In this document: positions 1 to 14,168 of the stretch, one piece after another
Layout: every line of letters begins with the position of its first letter
How positions within the stretch are numbered: the stretch's first letter is position 1
NCBI GenBank assembly: GCA_951406725.2
Contig: OX597815.1
Span: 73,160,001 to 73,224,000, forward strand
DNA: 64,000 nucleotides
Reading direction: 5' to 3'
Source of the DNA: Octopus vulgaris
Lineage: Eukaryota
The notes under the pieces: model-generated
The model's input: only the letters and a program-made list of their open reading frames with translations
Told to the model about the DNA's origin: nothing
Database searches by the model: none
Translations under genes and position numbers: made by a program

Positions 1-508
1 TGGTTAAAATTGCCGAAATGCAAGAAATTAAAGACGAAATATGTTACTAACTACAGAATTTTCTCAATAAAGCCAAGAGAAAATGATATTTTATAAACAC
101 ATTCTACCAGTATACGAAGTTTTAAATGTTTTAGTTACCTAGAAATTATGTTAAAAACTGCCGTTTAAACCGAAAAGATCCCCATTGAGTCTTACAATTC
201 AAACGAAATACGTTTGTTTCTAAGGTATCTAGTAGTAATAATAACTTATATTTGTGTATGTGTGTGTGTGTGTGTGTGTGTGAGTGTGTCTGTGCTTGCG
301 CGCGCTTGTGTGTCTGTGTGTTTGCACGTATACATGCATATGTATACGCATATGTATATGTATGCATGTATATACGTGCACATATTTATGTACGTACACA
401 CACATGCATTTATGAATGTACATATGTATGCATGTTTGTGTGTATATACATATATAGGTATATGAATTTGTGTGCATATATATATATATGTATATACCTA
501 TATAAGTT

Positions 509-559
<51 letters not shown>

Positions 560-676
560 GTGTAAGTATATATATGTATATATGTGTATATATGTGATAG
601 ATAGATAGATAGATAGATAGAAGTATATATATATCCTATACATGAGTATGTATGCATATGTATATATCGTGTATAG

Positions 677-748
<72 letters not shown>

Positions 749-1064
749 ATATGCATACATATATGTATATAAATAAATACATAAATATACACACACACAC
801 ATACACGTATATATATATATATATATACATGATTAACTAAACCTAATCACTCGACGCACTCAGCAAACCAGAGAGCGGAACTCTGTACATTTTAAAAGAT
901 ATTTCCTATTTATTTATGTGAAAGAAAAGTAAAAATATTCCAACACTAAACAAAATAATAACGGAACAAAATATAAACAAACAAAAAAAACACATTTTGC
1001 ACAATGAATTATGTAAACAACAATGAGGGCAAGCACTGAAATACATGTAAGACATAAAAGGAGC

Positions 1065-1850
1065 TGGCGGCGGCGGCGGCGGAGGTGGTGGTGGTGGTGG
1101 TGGTGGTGGTGGTGGTGGTGGTATTTGAGGTGGCGGTTGCGGTGGAGGTGTTGATGGCAGTGGTGGTCGTCATGGTCGTGGTAGTGGTAGTTGTGGTGGT
1201 GGCGGTGGCGGTGGTGGTGGTTAAGGTGATGGCGGCGGCAGTGGTGGTGGTGGTTGAAGTGGTGGCGGTTGAAGTGGCGGTGGTATTGATAATAGAGGTG
1301 ATGGCGATGGTGGTGGTTGTGGTAGTTGTTGTTTCGGTGGTGGTCGTCGTCGTGGTAGTGGCTGTGGAAGTTGTGGTGGTGGTTAAGGTGGTGGTGGCGG
1401 CGGTGGGCGATGGTGGTGGTGGTGGAGGTGGCGGTGGTGTTGATAATAGTGGTGATGGTGGTATGGTGGTGGTGGTGTGTCATGTAGTTGTGGTGGTGGT
1501 GGTAGTGGTGGTATTTGAGGTGGCGGTTGCGGTGGAGATGGTGATGGCAGTGGTGGTCGTCGTGGTCGTGGTAGATGTGGTGGTGGCGGCGGTAGTGGTG
1601 GTTAAGGTAGCGGCGGCGGCGGCGGTGGTGATGGTTGAGGTGGTGGTGGTGGTGGTGATAATAGTAGTGATGGTGGTAGAGGCAGCGGCAGCGGTGCGAA
1701 CGGTGAACTGTAATAATAGTGGTAGTGGTGATTATGGTGGTGCTGGTAGTAGTGTGGTCGACGGTGGTAATAAATGCTTGATGGTGGTGGTGGTGTTGGT
1801 GGTGGTTGTGTCGGTGGTAGTAGTGGTGGTCGTCGTCTGCGACGGCGGCG
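1065..1850. repeat. Imperfect (GGT/GGC)n trinucleotide tract with an internal ~390-bp duplication
   Basis: GGT-rich throughout. 'gtatttgaggtggcggttgcggtggag' occurs at ~1121 and ~1511. The His-rich and Val-rich ORFs are by-products. Confidence 0.9.
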
Positions 1851-1969
1851 TGCATAGCATCACTATTAATATTCAGCAATAATATGCTTTCTGATTTTAT
1901 TTGTTTAAAATTCTTTACGGTGGGGGACATTGAAATCATTATTTTAGGTCTACAAATCATCATTATCAC

Positions 1970-2029
<60 letters not shown>

Positions 2030-2128
2030 GGTCGTCGTCGTAGTCATTACAACGTTGGATAAGCCACCGCCACCACCACCACCATCACGAAAAATAAACT
2101 ACTACCACTACTACTACTATTACTGCTG

Positions 2129-2161
<33 letters not shown>

Positions 2162-2538
2162 AAATATTAATATTTTATTGTCAGTATTGCTATTTATATT
2201 ATTGAATCATAAATATTAGCAATACATGAATGTGTGTGTGCGTGTGTGTGTATGTGTGTGCGTGTGCGTGTGTAATTCCTTCTTTGTATATTATACATAC
2301 ATAAATATGCATATAGACATACAGGCATACATACAAACGTAGATACATGTATACAAGCATACATGCATAAATACATATATAAATACACACACGTATGTAT
2401 ATATATATATATATATACATACATACCTACATCCATACATCCATAAATCCATGCACATAGTAATAACCATTCACACACAGTCACACAGTCAACTAACACA
2501 TCGTTACAAGAAAAAAGAGCAGCCCATAATACACACAG

Positions 2539-2571
<33 letters not shown>

Positions 2572-2826
2572 CTTGTATATAATATATATATATATACTTA
2601 TGTATAATACATGTACAAGTTACATGCATGCCAGCTTATTGTGTGTGAATGTATGTGTATGTATGTGCGTGCGTGCGTGTGTATGTGTGTGCGTTTGTGT
2701 GTGTGTTTGTGTGAGTATGTGTGTGTGTGTTCCTAATTTTTCAATGAACCCTTTTAGAAGTACATTTTCAACACTTGTTGCACTCTGTTATTGTGCAAAC
2801 TGAAAGAGAACATCACAATAAAACAT

Positions 2827-2913
<87 letters not shown>

Positions 2914-3038
2914 TATACACATATATATATACATATATATACACATATATATATACATATATATATATATATACACACATATATATATACATATATATAT
3001 ATGTATATATATATATACATATATATATACATATATAC

Positions 3039-3069
<31 letters not shown>

Positions 3070-3101
3070 CATATATATATATGTATGTATATCTATATCT
3101 A

Positions 3102-3143
<42 letters not shown>

Positions 3144-3144
3144 G

Positions 3145-3238
<94 letters not shown>

Positions 3239-3588
3239 AAGCTCTTTTTAAACATCTATTACTCCTATTACTCCATTCTATAATTTATTTAGAATTTTTA
3301 GAAGAAATGTCTTTCTATGTTTCATTATCCTTATCCCTATTTTTATCTGTACTCTTTTATATTTATATATCTATATATTTATTTGTCCTTGCATATTTTT
3401 AGCATTCATATATTTTTATATTCTGAATCTATGTTTTAGACATCTCTATCATATTAAATCCCAATATGTATACACCAATCGTAGTCTGCCTGAGTTGAAC
3501 CTCTTCCCTGTGTCTCTTGTACTTGTCTAGCGTCTCGGGTTCGACTCGAGCACTTCCATGCTTTCTATGCTTTTCTAAAGAATATTTA

Positions 3589-3663
<75 letters not shown>

Positions 3664-3667
<4 letters not shown>

Positions 3668-4000
3668 GGTGAATGAATTATCCTATGTTTATCGTCAGCA
3701 TGGAAAATTCGTTTAACCGAAACCTGGGTAGCAAATTCACGTCAGAAACACGGTTGAAGCGACCTGTCAAGGGTAGAAACTCCGGGTTCATGTGCAGAAA
3801 TTTGTGTGTTGTATATGAATAAATGAAAGAATGGAGTCGAACGAAGATGTTAACAAAATTCCTTTACTCTCGACATATGTTTCGAAGACAGCATGTTTTC
3901 ATTCCAAAGGAACAAAGGGTGCATTATGCAATCTTCTCATCAGGAAAGCAAGGGAGCCTCTCTTGTCAACAAGACAAACAAAAATTTCGATGATATATAA
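3664..4000 (-). mobile_element. Non-autonomous Penelope-like pLTR fragment flanked by (TA)n
   Basis: Bounded by (TA)n on both sides. Homologous to 34597-34820. Contains a hammerhead core. Confidence 0.7.
3861..3953 (-). ncRNA. Type I hammerhead ribozyme motif
   Basis: Minus strand: ccttgctttc-CTGATGA-gaagattgcat...atgctgtcttc-GAAAC-atat-GTC-gagagtaaagg. Stems I and II pair, and stem III is palindromic ACAUAUGU. Confidence 0.8.
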
Positions 4001-4060
<60 letters not shown>

Positions 4061-4176
4061 GGTGGCGTCATTCGAAGGCTAAAACAATGCGAACGCATTG
4101 TGACCAGCGATGTGTAACAACATCTGATGGTCTGGGCGGTCACGTGATCACGTGATATATATATATATATATATAT

Positions 4177-4503
4177 AATAGGAGCACTCCGTCGGTTACG
4201 ACGACGAGGGTCCCAGTTGATCCAACCAACGGAACAGCCTGCTCATGAAATTAACGTGCAAGTGACTGAGCAATCCACAGACACGCGTACCCATAACGTA
4301 GTTCTCAGGGAGATTCAGCGTGACACAAAGTGTGACAAAGCCGGCCCTTTGAAATACAGGTACAACTCATTTTTGCCAGCTGAGTGGACTGGAGCAACGT
4401 GAAATAAAGTGTCTTGCTCAAAGACTCAACGCGTCGCCGGAAATCGAACTCACGACCTTACAATCGTGAGCCGAATGCCCTAACCACTAAGCTACGGGCC
4501 TTC
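4177..4503 (-). mobile_element. tRNA-derived SINE, family C
   Basis: Minus strand has A-box 'tagcttagtggttag' and B-box 'gagttcgattt', with tail 'cgtcgtaaccgacggagtgc'. Homologous to 10647-10936. Confidence 0.85.
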
Positions 4504-4512
4504 ACACACACG

Positions 4513-4677
<165 letters not shown>

Positions 4678-4678
4678 C

Positions 4679-4730
<52 letters not shown>

Positions 4731-4732
<2 letters not shown>

Positions 4733-5202
4733 AATGGCAAGACAACAAAAAATGAATGAGACCTCGATATTGTGTAAATAGAGGAATTTATCTATAAATA
4801 TATGTGTCAATTATTCGGTAGCCATGATATAAAACTCCGAGTTTCGGATATCGGGGTGGAAATTCACGCCGGCATCTCTTCAGTTATCGGCCCATCGAAA
4901 AAATGATATGAAAATGACCGATAAAATAAAGGGAAATTACTGTGTGACTCACCGTTATCAAGACAAAAGAGCTATTAGAATGACCGCTAAGTAAGGGGAG
5001 GGAGTTAAGGTAAGGGAGTAAAAATGTTCACTCCCTCCACTTACCTAGCAGTCATTCTAATAGCGCATTTGTCTTAATAACGGTCAACCACACAGTAATT
5101 TCCCTTTGTTTTAACGGTCATTTTCATGAAGAGATGCCGGCGTGGTTTCTGCCCCGACATCCGAAACTCGGCGTTTTATCATGGTTACCGAATAATTGTC
5201 AC

Positions 5203-5206
<4 letters not shown>
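4731..5206. mobile_element. Fold-back (inverted pLTR-like) element with degenerate hammerhead
   Basis: Arms 4800-~5003 and ~5028-5206 are reverse complements. Minus strand has CTGAAGA (4877-4883) and GAAACTCGGAGTT (4833-4845). Ends in (TA)n. Confidence 0.7.
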
Positions 5207-5241
<35 letters not shown>

Positions 5242-5308
5242 TTTCCGAATGCGATAAAAAACCCAAGGCTGTGAAGATTTTAGAACATTTATAAATACGT
5301 CTAACAGC

Positions 5309-5340
<32 letters not shown>

Positions 5341-5411
5341 TGTATGTATGTATGTATGTATGTATGTATGTATGTATCTATCTATTTTTATATATATATA
5401 TATATATATGC

Positions 5412-5481
<70 letters not shown>

Positions 5482-5682
5482 GTATGCATGTATATATATG
5501 TGAATTTATTAACAAATAATTTTATATATATCGGATAGAAGATAAATGGCAGAATAGCAATAATCATGTTTGTATATATGTGCTATATATGTATTTACCC
5601 ACTCATGTATACACTTGCATGCATACATACATACATACATACATACATACATACATACATACATACATACATACATACACAC

Positions 5683-5765
<83 letters not shown>

Positions 5766-6222
5766 GTAATGCTTTTCTCCAGAAAGGTTGTGGCCATGCA
5801 AGAGCATCGCCAGTATTATCACCTTTTCAATGGCCATTCACTCGCGATTGGCTTCGGTGAAGGATATGTGTGTGTGTGTACACACACTCACACACACACA
5901 TACACACATATTTGTTATAAAGATTCAAACATATATCTATATATACAGACATACGCACTCACTAATACATACAAAGATAAATACATCTCTGCATACATAC
6001 ACATACATCCATTCAGCAGGTCATAAATACATTTATCGATACGTACAGTCAATATATAAAAAAACTAAACGGTTCAACATCGATTTCGACGATGGTGTTC
6101 CAGAGTTATTCAATGAACTGAACGCGCAAATGCCTGAGAATTCTGCTGTCATAGGTAAGATGGTATTCAAACTGAGTCAGTGTGACCATGTTTGCCTAGG
6201 CTGACTTAATTACTGGTATAAT

Positions 6223-6452
6223 GGCGAGCTGGCAGAAACGTTAGCACGCCGGGCGAAATGCGTAGCCGTATTTCGTCTGCCGTTACGTTCTGAGTTCAAA
6301 TTCCGCCGAGGTCGACTTTGCCTTTCATCCTTTCGGGGTCGATTAAATAAGTACTAGTCACACACTGAGGTCGACATAATCGGCTTAATCCGTTTGTCTG
6401 TCCTTGTTTGTCCTCTCTGTGTTTAGCCCCTTGTGGGTAGTAAAGAAATAGG
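6223..6452 (+). mobile_element. tRNA-derived SINE, family B, with TSD
   Basis: 'ggcgagctggcagaaacgttag...gagttcaaattcc'. Flanked by the direct repeat ggtataat. Near-identical to 26421-26652. Confidence 0.9.
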
Positions 6453-6844
6453 TATAATCCGCATGATAAACTTCTACACAGTTTTCGTCTACTTAGGCAT
6501 GGCTGAGTGGTTAAGTGATCAAAAAGCTAGCTTTGCAACCATGAGTATTTGATTTCGGTTCCTGTGTGTAGCGTCAAGGACAAGAGTATTTTGATCATAG
6601 GGTTGGGTCGATTGGAAGCCTCTTTCTGATTATATTTATTCACACGTACTTGTGTACATATAAACATGAACCGTTAATCCCGACACATCCCCCCACTTAC
6701 TCTCTCTCATCCCCTCCTGTCGAAGAGCGTAGACTCAAAACTTCGGTGACTTTACAATTTTTCCTGAACGTCAATCTAAGACAATTGCCTTCACCTGCCT
6801 CTGTCTTTTGTTTTCTGTACATTTGAACGACATACATACATACA

Positions 6845-6878
<34 letters not shown>

Positions 6879-7017
6879 CATACATACATACATACATACA
6901 TGCGAGCATACATACATACACACATACATACAACATGCGTGTGCGTGTATATACATATTCACATACATATATACATATATATTTTTATATACATGGACAC
7001 ACACACGCATATTTATA

Positions 7018-7072
<55 letters not shown>

Positions 7073-7147
7073 GTATATATGCATAGACATTTCTAGATAC
7101 ATACATACATGCATACATACATGATATATAGAAAGACCCACACACAT

Positions 7148-7178
<31 letters not shown>

Positions 7179-7331
7179 CGCGCATATATATCCACCCACA
7201 CACTATGTACACCTATTCATAGCGATTGTCAGTATATTTGGCATCAATCATTAATTATGTCTATTACGGAATCATGCAAAAGAGTTCACTTAAGACTAAT
7301 ACCGCCATTACACTTGTGTGTTACATGGCAA

Positions 7332-7396
<65 letters not shown>

Positions 7397-8194
7397 AAGA
7401 GAGAGAGATGCATGTTTACATGTATGTATGAATGAATGCATGTATGTATAATATAGTATAGTATAGTGTAGGTTAATGTTTTTTGCAAAGCCATTTGTGC
7501 AAGTGCTAAAGAGTATAACGATATTTGAATACACTCAGCGAGTGTGCACGTCACTTAATTCCTTGTAGTTGTTGTTGTCGTTGCTCTTGTTCGTAAGCAA
7601 TGATGATGATGATGACGACGACGACGACGACGACGACGACGATGATGATGATGATGATGATGATGACGATGATGATGATGACGATGATGATGATCATGAT
7701 GATGACGTCGACGGCGATGATGATTACTATGATGTTGGTGGCGGCGGCGGCGGTCGTCGTCGTTGACATCGTTGTCGTCGTCGTGGTGATCATGATGATG
7801 ATGATGATGATGACGACGTTGACACCGACGGCGACGATGACGAAAATTAATAAAAAACTGCAATAATAAAAAAAGTAAGAAAAAACCTATCAACAATTTC
7901 ATCTTTTGAACAATACGCACTTCAATAAGTGCTATATTTATAGCTCCAACATAGATTTGCTGTTGTCATCGCTGTTGTTGTCGCTGCTGCTGCTGCTGCT
8001 GCTGCTGTTGTTGTTGTTGTTGTGCCTGATCATCTCCGATCAAAGCTATTCAAACTGTAACCATTGAGTCTGATTTTTTTGAAGGACAATATTATCTAAT
8101 ACGATTTCTTTTTAGTTTTGTTTTGTTTTCCTCTTGGTGCTAAAATGAAGGCCGTGCTTTTATGATTTACAGCGAAGGCTCCTTTGTTGGTTCG

Positions 8195-8950
8195 GTGGAT
8201 TGGCAGAATGGTTGTTTAGTTCGTCGCCCAGAAATTCTTAGTGGCTATTTCCCCTAATTCGTTATATTCTGAGTTCAAGTTCTGCCGCTACCATATTTTG
8301 CCTTTCATTTTTTTTCTTCCCGTTTTTTTTTCTTAATAAAATAAACTACAAAATGCTTAGTGCCATTTCTCCTGACTCGTTATGTTCTGAATTCAAGTTC
8401 CGCCGCTGCCAATTTTTGGCCTTCATTTTTTTTTTCCGCTTTTTCTTTTTGGTAGATGATGGTTAATAAAATAAACTACAAAATGCTTAGTGCCATTTCT
8501 CCTGACTCGTTATGTTCTGAATTCAAGTTCCGCCGCTGCCAATTTTTGCCCTTCATTTTTTCCTTCCCGTTTTTTTTTTCTTTTTGGTAGATGGTGGTTA
8601 ATAAAATAAACTACAAAATGCTTAGTGCCATTTCTCCTGACTCGTTATGTTCTGAATTCAAGTTCCGCCGCTGCCAATTTTTGCCCATCATTTTTTTTTC
8701 TTCCGCTTTTGCTTTTTGGTAGATGATGGTTAATAAAATAAACTACAAAATGCTTAGCGGCACTTCTTCTATTTCTTTATGTTTTGAGTTCGAGTTACGC
8801 TGAAGTCAGTTTTTGTCTTTCATTCTTTATTACTATTTTCTTCTGTTTTCTTTTTTGGTAGGTGGTCGGGAGCAATAAAATAAACTATCAATCAGGTGCG
8901 GGAGGCATTGGTATGAACTTTCCCCTTCCCCTCAAAATTAGTGACCCTGT
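8195..8950 (+). repeat. SINE-B-derived tandem repeat, ~130-bp unit, 4-5 copies
   Basis: 'ttaataaaataaactacaaaatgcttag' recurs at ~8333, 8463, 8598 and 8730. Confidence 0.85.
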
Positions 8951-10197
8951 GTAACACAGGGCCACTTCCGATGTTCTAGTAGTAGTAGTAGTAGTAGGAG
9001 GAGGAGGAGGAGGAGGAGTATCACCATCACCATCATCATAATCATCATCATCGTGGTCGTCCGATGTTCTGGGTTCAAGATCTGCTGATGTCAGTTTTGA
9101 CTTTCATTCTTTTCTGTTCTTTTCTTCTGTTTATTTTTTTCTTTTTGATCAGTAAAACAAGCTACCAATCAAATACTTTCTCCCCCCCCCCCACCTCATT
9201 ATTACTGGCCTTTATCTAGACGGAATTCTTTTCACGTCAGACAAAATGCTTATTCGCATTTCTTCTTGTCCTCTAAGTCCTGAGTTCAAATTCCGTCGAT
9301 GTAATCTTTACCTTTTACTCGTTTGAAGTTGAGAAAATACAGTACCAGCGAAATAATGGCCTCGATGGCATCACCTAGTTTCCGTCGCCTCAAATTTTTT
9401 GGCCTTGGGCCAGAATTAGCAACCATTTATTGCATAAAGTGGTGAGCTAGCAGAATCGTTTGAACGTCGAAAGAAATACCTTGTGGTATTTGTTCCAGCT
9501 TTTCCGTTCTGAGCTCAAATCTCGCCGAGGTCGAATTCACCTTTCACCCCTTTGAGATCGATAGAATAAAATACTAGTCAAGCAATGGAGTCCATGTAAT
9601 CGTTTAAACCCTTCCCTCAAAATTATTGGACTTGGGCCTAAAACAGAAACCATCATCATTATTGTTATTATTACTGTTTGTGACGCTGATGTTGGCAGTA
9701 GTAGACGGTGGTGGTGCAGTGTTGTTGTTGTTGGTGGTGGTGTGGTGATGCTTGTTGTTGTTGTTGTTGCTATTGTGGTTGTTGTGCTTGTTGCTATTGT
9801 TGTCGCCGTCATCGTTTAGCACCAGGTCACTCATGATCGAAGGTATTCCAGCAGTAAACTTCCAGCTTATTTTTAAAGGATTAGGTTGTCTAATGTTATC
9901 CCTTTCTTTTCCTGTCCCTCTTAACGAAGGCAGCAGCTTTTGCTTTGAAGGAATTTTGACTCCTATTTTCAGCAGGTCGTGTAACAATGGCGAAGGCTCT
10001 CTTATTGGTTCGCTGTTGCTAATATAGTTGTTGCTATTTCTGTTTTTGTTATTCTTAATGGTGTTGGTGATGGAGGCAGTAGCGGTGTTGCTGCTCCTGC
10101 GGTTCCTACCACTCCAGCTGCAGATCCTGTTGTTGTTGTTGTTGCTGCTGCTCTTGTTCTTGTTGATGTCCTTATTCTTGTATTTTTTTGCTGATGT

Positions 10198-10439
10198 AAC
10201 GGCGCGTGGCCTGGGTGGTTACTCTTTACTCTTTTACCTGTTTCAGTCATCTGACTGCGGCCATGCTGGTGTACCGCCTTTAGTCGAGCAAATCGACCCC
10301 AATACTTATTCTTTGGAAGTCTAATACTTATTCTATCGGTTTCTTTTGCCGAACCGCTAAGTTATGGGGGTGTAAACACACCATCATCGGTTGTCAAGCG
10401 ATGTTGGTGGGGGGACAAACACAGACACACAAACACACA

Positions 10440-10494
<55 letters not shown>

Positions 10495-10936
10495 GACGGG
10501 CTTCTTTCAGTTTCCGTCTACCAAATCCACTCACAAGGCTTTGGTCGGGCCGAAGCTATAGTAGAAGACACTTGCCCAAGGTGCCACGCAGTAGGAATGA
10601 ACCCAGAACCATGTGGTTGGTAAGCAAGCTACTTACCACACAGCCACTCACGATGGTGAGATTATGAGTTCGATTCCCGGTGGCAGATTGTCTCCTTGAG
10701 CAAGGCATTTTATTTCACGTTGCTCCAGTCCACTCAGCTGGCAAAAATGAATCATATCTGTAATTCAAAGGAACCAGCCTTGTCACATTCTGTATCACGC
10801 TGATTCTCCCTGAGAACTACGTTAAAGGTACTCACGTCTGTGGAGTGCTCAACTACGTGCACGTTAATTTCACGAGCAGGCTGTTCCGCTGATCGAATCA
10901 ACTGTAACACTCGTCGTCGTAACCGACGGAGTACCA
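10198..10936 (+). mobile_element. SINE family C interrupted by a minus-strand SINE family A (10222-10648)
   Basis: C head 'ggcgcgtggcctgggtggtta' stops at ~10221 and resumes 'ctcacgatggtgagattatgagttcgattccc' at ~10647. The insert matches 29086-29500 reversed. Confidence 0.85.
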
Positions 10937-11283
10937 CTTATTGTTGCTGATATTGCTGTCGTTGCTGTTGTTGTTGTTGTTTACGGGTTATTCGTTTTCC
11001 GTTTTGTTTTATAATTGCTTCTCTTTTTTTTTTTTTTTTTTTTTGTCGTTTACTTGTTTCATTTCCTTTTCTGAAAGCCATTGCTGTAGACTTCATATCA
11101 CCATCACAATCACCACCACCACCACGATCATCATTATCGTCATCATCAGCATCAGCATCACCACCACCACCACCACCACCACCACGCCATCATTATCGTC
11201 ATCATCACCATTATCATCATTATTATCATCATCATCATCATCGCCATCATCACTGTCATCATCACCATCATCATCGTGATCAA

Positions 11284-11317
<34 letters not shown>

Positions 11318-11411
11318 GTTCTCCTCCTCTCACCCTTCTTAGTTCCTCGCCATCATTATCATTATCGGCATTATTAATATTATTATAGTTATTTTCTTTT
11401 TTCTATTATCC

Positions 11412-11502
<91 letters not shown>

Positions 11503-11579
11503 AAAAGAGGAGGAATATCACCATCACCACCACCATCATAATCATCGTCATCGTGGTCATCATTACTGTTATTATTATT

Positions 11580-11615
<36 letters not shown>

Positions 11616-11666
11616 GCCGTCGTCGCCGTCATCGTTATCGTGATCGTTGTTGTTTGTTATTGTTGC

Positions 11667-11697
<31 letters not shown>

Positions 11698-12481
11698 GCT
11701 GTTGCTGTTGTTGTTGTTGTTGTTGTTGTTGTCAGTTTTCATCTACCAGAGGAATTAACACATTTTTGAACATTGCCAAGTCAGTTAAAACATCTTCATA
11801 TGTAGATTGAGATTGTGATTGTGAGCAGATGAAACGATAGAACTTCAAAAGAAGACTAACATATTAGATATGCGCGCATCACACCTTGCAACATGGCTCT
11901 ATGCGTAACTCACTCCCTTCCTATCTCTCTCTCTCTCCATCACACCTCTCTGTTTCTCTCTTTCTTTCTCTCTCTCTCTCTCTCTACTTTTGTCACTCTC
12001 TTTTACATCTATTTCTCTCTGTATGTTTGTGTCTATAAGAGTTTTGTGTGGTTATGTATGTACGTATTTATTTACCTATTTCTATGATCATGTTCTGCAT
12101 GTGTGTATGTGTGTGTACGTCTGTACATATTCATATATATTTATAAATATGTGTACACATATATATGGATGTGTATATATTAATATATGCATATATATAT
12201 ATATATACATACATATATATATATATATATATATCAATGTAAATGTATATATGTATTCCTATATACACACGCATATATGCTGATGCATATTTATGTGTAT
12301 GTGTGTATATGTGTGTGTAAACACACGCACGCACACATACACACATGTATGCAATTTGTCTGCGTCTAAGTATCTAAGTATCTTCTCTTTGTGTGTATGT
12401 GTCCGTGTCCGTGTCCGTGTGTGTGTGCATGTAATTGATTATGCATACATGTATGTATGTATATATATATGTATATATATG

Positions 12482-12526
<45 letters not shown>

Positions 12527-12570
12527 GTACATACACACAGACACACACACATACATACATATATATATAC

Positions 12571-12725
<155 letters not shown>

Positions 12726-12891
12726 GAACGCGCGCTGCGCATATACACTAGTTTCCAAAAAATGTGATCTATGATGCAATATGCTATAGAAAACAACTTC
12801 TGAAGAGTGCAAGAAATTCTTGTAAACCGAAGTAGAACTGGCGGCGGAGGCAGTGGCATCACCACATACACACTGCCATCACCATCACCAT

Positions 12892-12923
<32 letters not shown>

Positions 12924-12983
12924 AAATGATGACAACCATTATCATCATCAGCCTCGTCATCATCATTATCAACATCAACATCT

Positions 12984-13033
<50 letters not shown>

Positions 13034-13124
13034 AACACAAACAATATTTCTCGGCCGCAAAAGTCAAAAGAGATATAAAATGAAAAACCAACATGAGAAA
13101 CTTTAAACAAACTATGTAGATACA

Positions 13125-13184
<60 letters not shown>

Positions 13185-13842
13185 GAAAATATCAGCCTCA
13201 TCTTCCTCCTTTGCCATTACCGTCGTAGTCATCATCATCATCATCACCATACTGCCACATTCTTCTTTTTTCTTCTTCTCCTCCTCCTCTTCCTTTCTCT
13301 CTTTCAATCTTTCTGTGTTTTTTTTCTTACTTCTGCGACAATATAATTGCCATCATCATAAACATTTATCGGCCATTTTGTCATCATCGTCCTCCTCCAC
13401 CTCCTCTTCGACGTTGTCGTCATCATCATCATCATTACCCACCATCACAACAACCATTTCCTTCTTCATCATCATCATCACCACTACCACCACCACCACC
13501 ACCACCACCACCACCACCACCATCACCATCATCATCATCATAATTACCGATATCATCACCACCATGACCACCATCATTATCACTGTCATCATCGTCAACA
13601 TCATTATCAACATCATTATCATCATTATCATCATCATCATAATCACCAACATTATCACCATTATTATCACCACCATGACCACCATCATTATCACTGTCAT
13701 CATCATCAACATCATTATTAACATCATTATCATCACCATCATCATCAACATCATTTTCATCACCGTCATTATCACCGCAGCCATCACTACCTTCACCATC
13801 ATCATCATCGTCATCGTTATCGTCACCATCATCCCTCCTACC

Positions 13843-13876
<34 letters not shown>

Positions 13877-14131
13877 ACGATAACAACAACAAGAAAAACA
13901 ACAACAACAATTTTCAATCAAAAACTAAACAGAAATAATGATGATGATGATGATGATGATAACAATAATAACAATAGCGAAAATAGAACAACAGATATAT
14001 CAGATAAGCGATAACAAAAAAAAAAAAAAACATTAACAACAAACACAAGCAGTTAAGATTGCGTAGAATTGCTATGGAGAAGGGGTTTCTATTTTTTTGG
14101 TCTTTCCATATGTGTGTGTGTGTGTGTGTAT

Positions 14132-14168
<37 letters not shown>

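Noticed and set aside
1-183. Probable transposon end (…aaccgaaaagatccc)
   Set aside because: The partner terminus lies outside the window, so it cannot be classified.
914-2047. 377-aa His-rich ORF (-) and 265-aa Val-rich ORF (+)
   Set aside because: Open frames arise from stop-free trinucleotide repeats; no domain or codon structure.
3480-3560. Hammerhead-like boxes in the TA-flanked 3240-3595 insert
   Set aside because: Core nucleotides are missing (GAGAC, no CUGA); cannot be supported.
4430-4503. tRNA-like heads here and in other SINEs
   Set aside because: They continue into SINE bodies; no complete cloverleaf identified.
6050-6160. Exon-like stretch (RFNIDFDDGVPELFNELN...) ending in GTAAG
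   Set aside because: Resembles a diverged reverse-strand SINE C tail, and the acceptor is weak.
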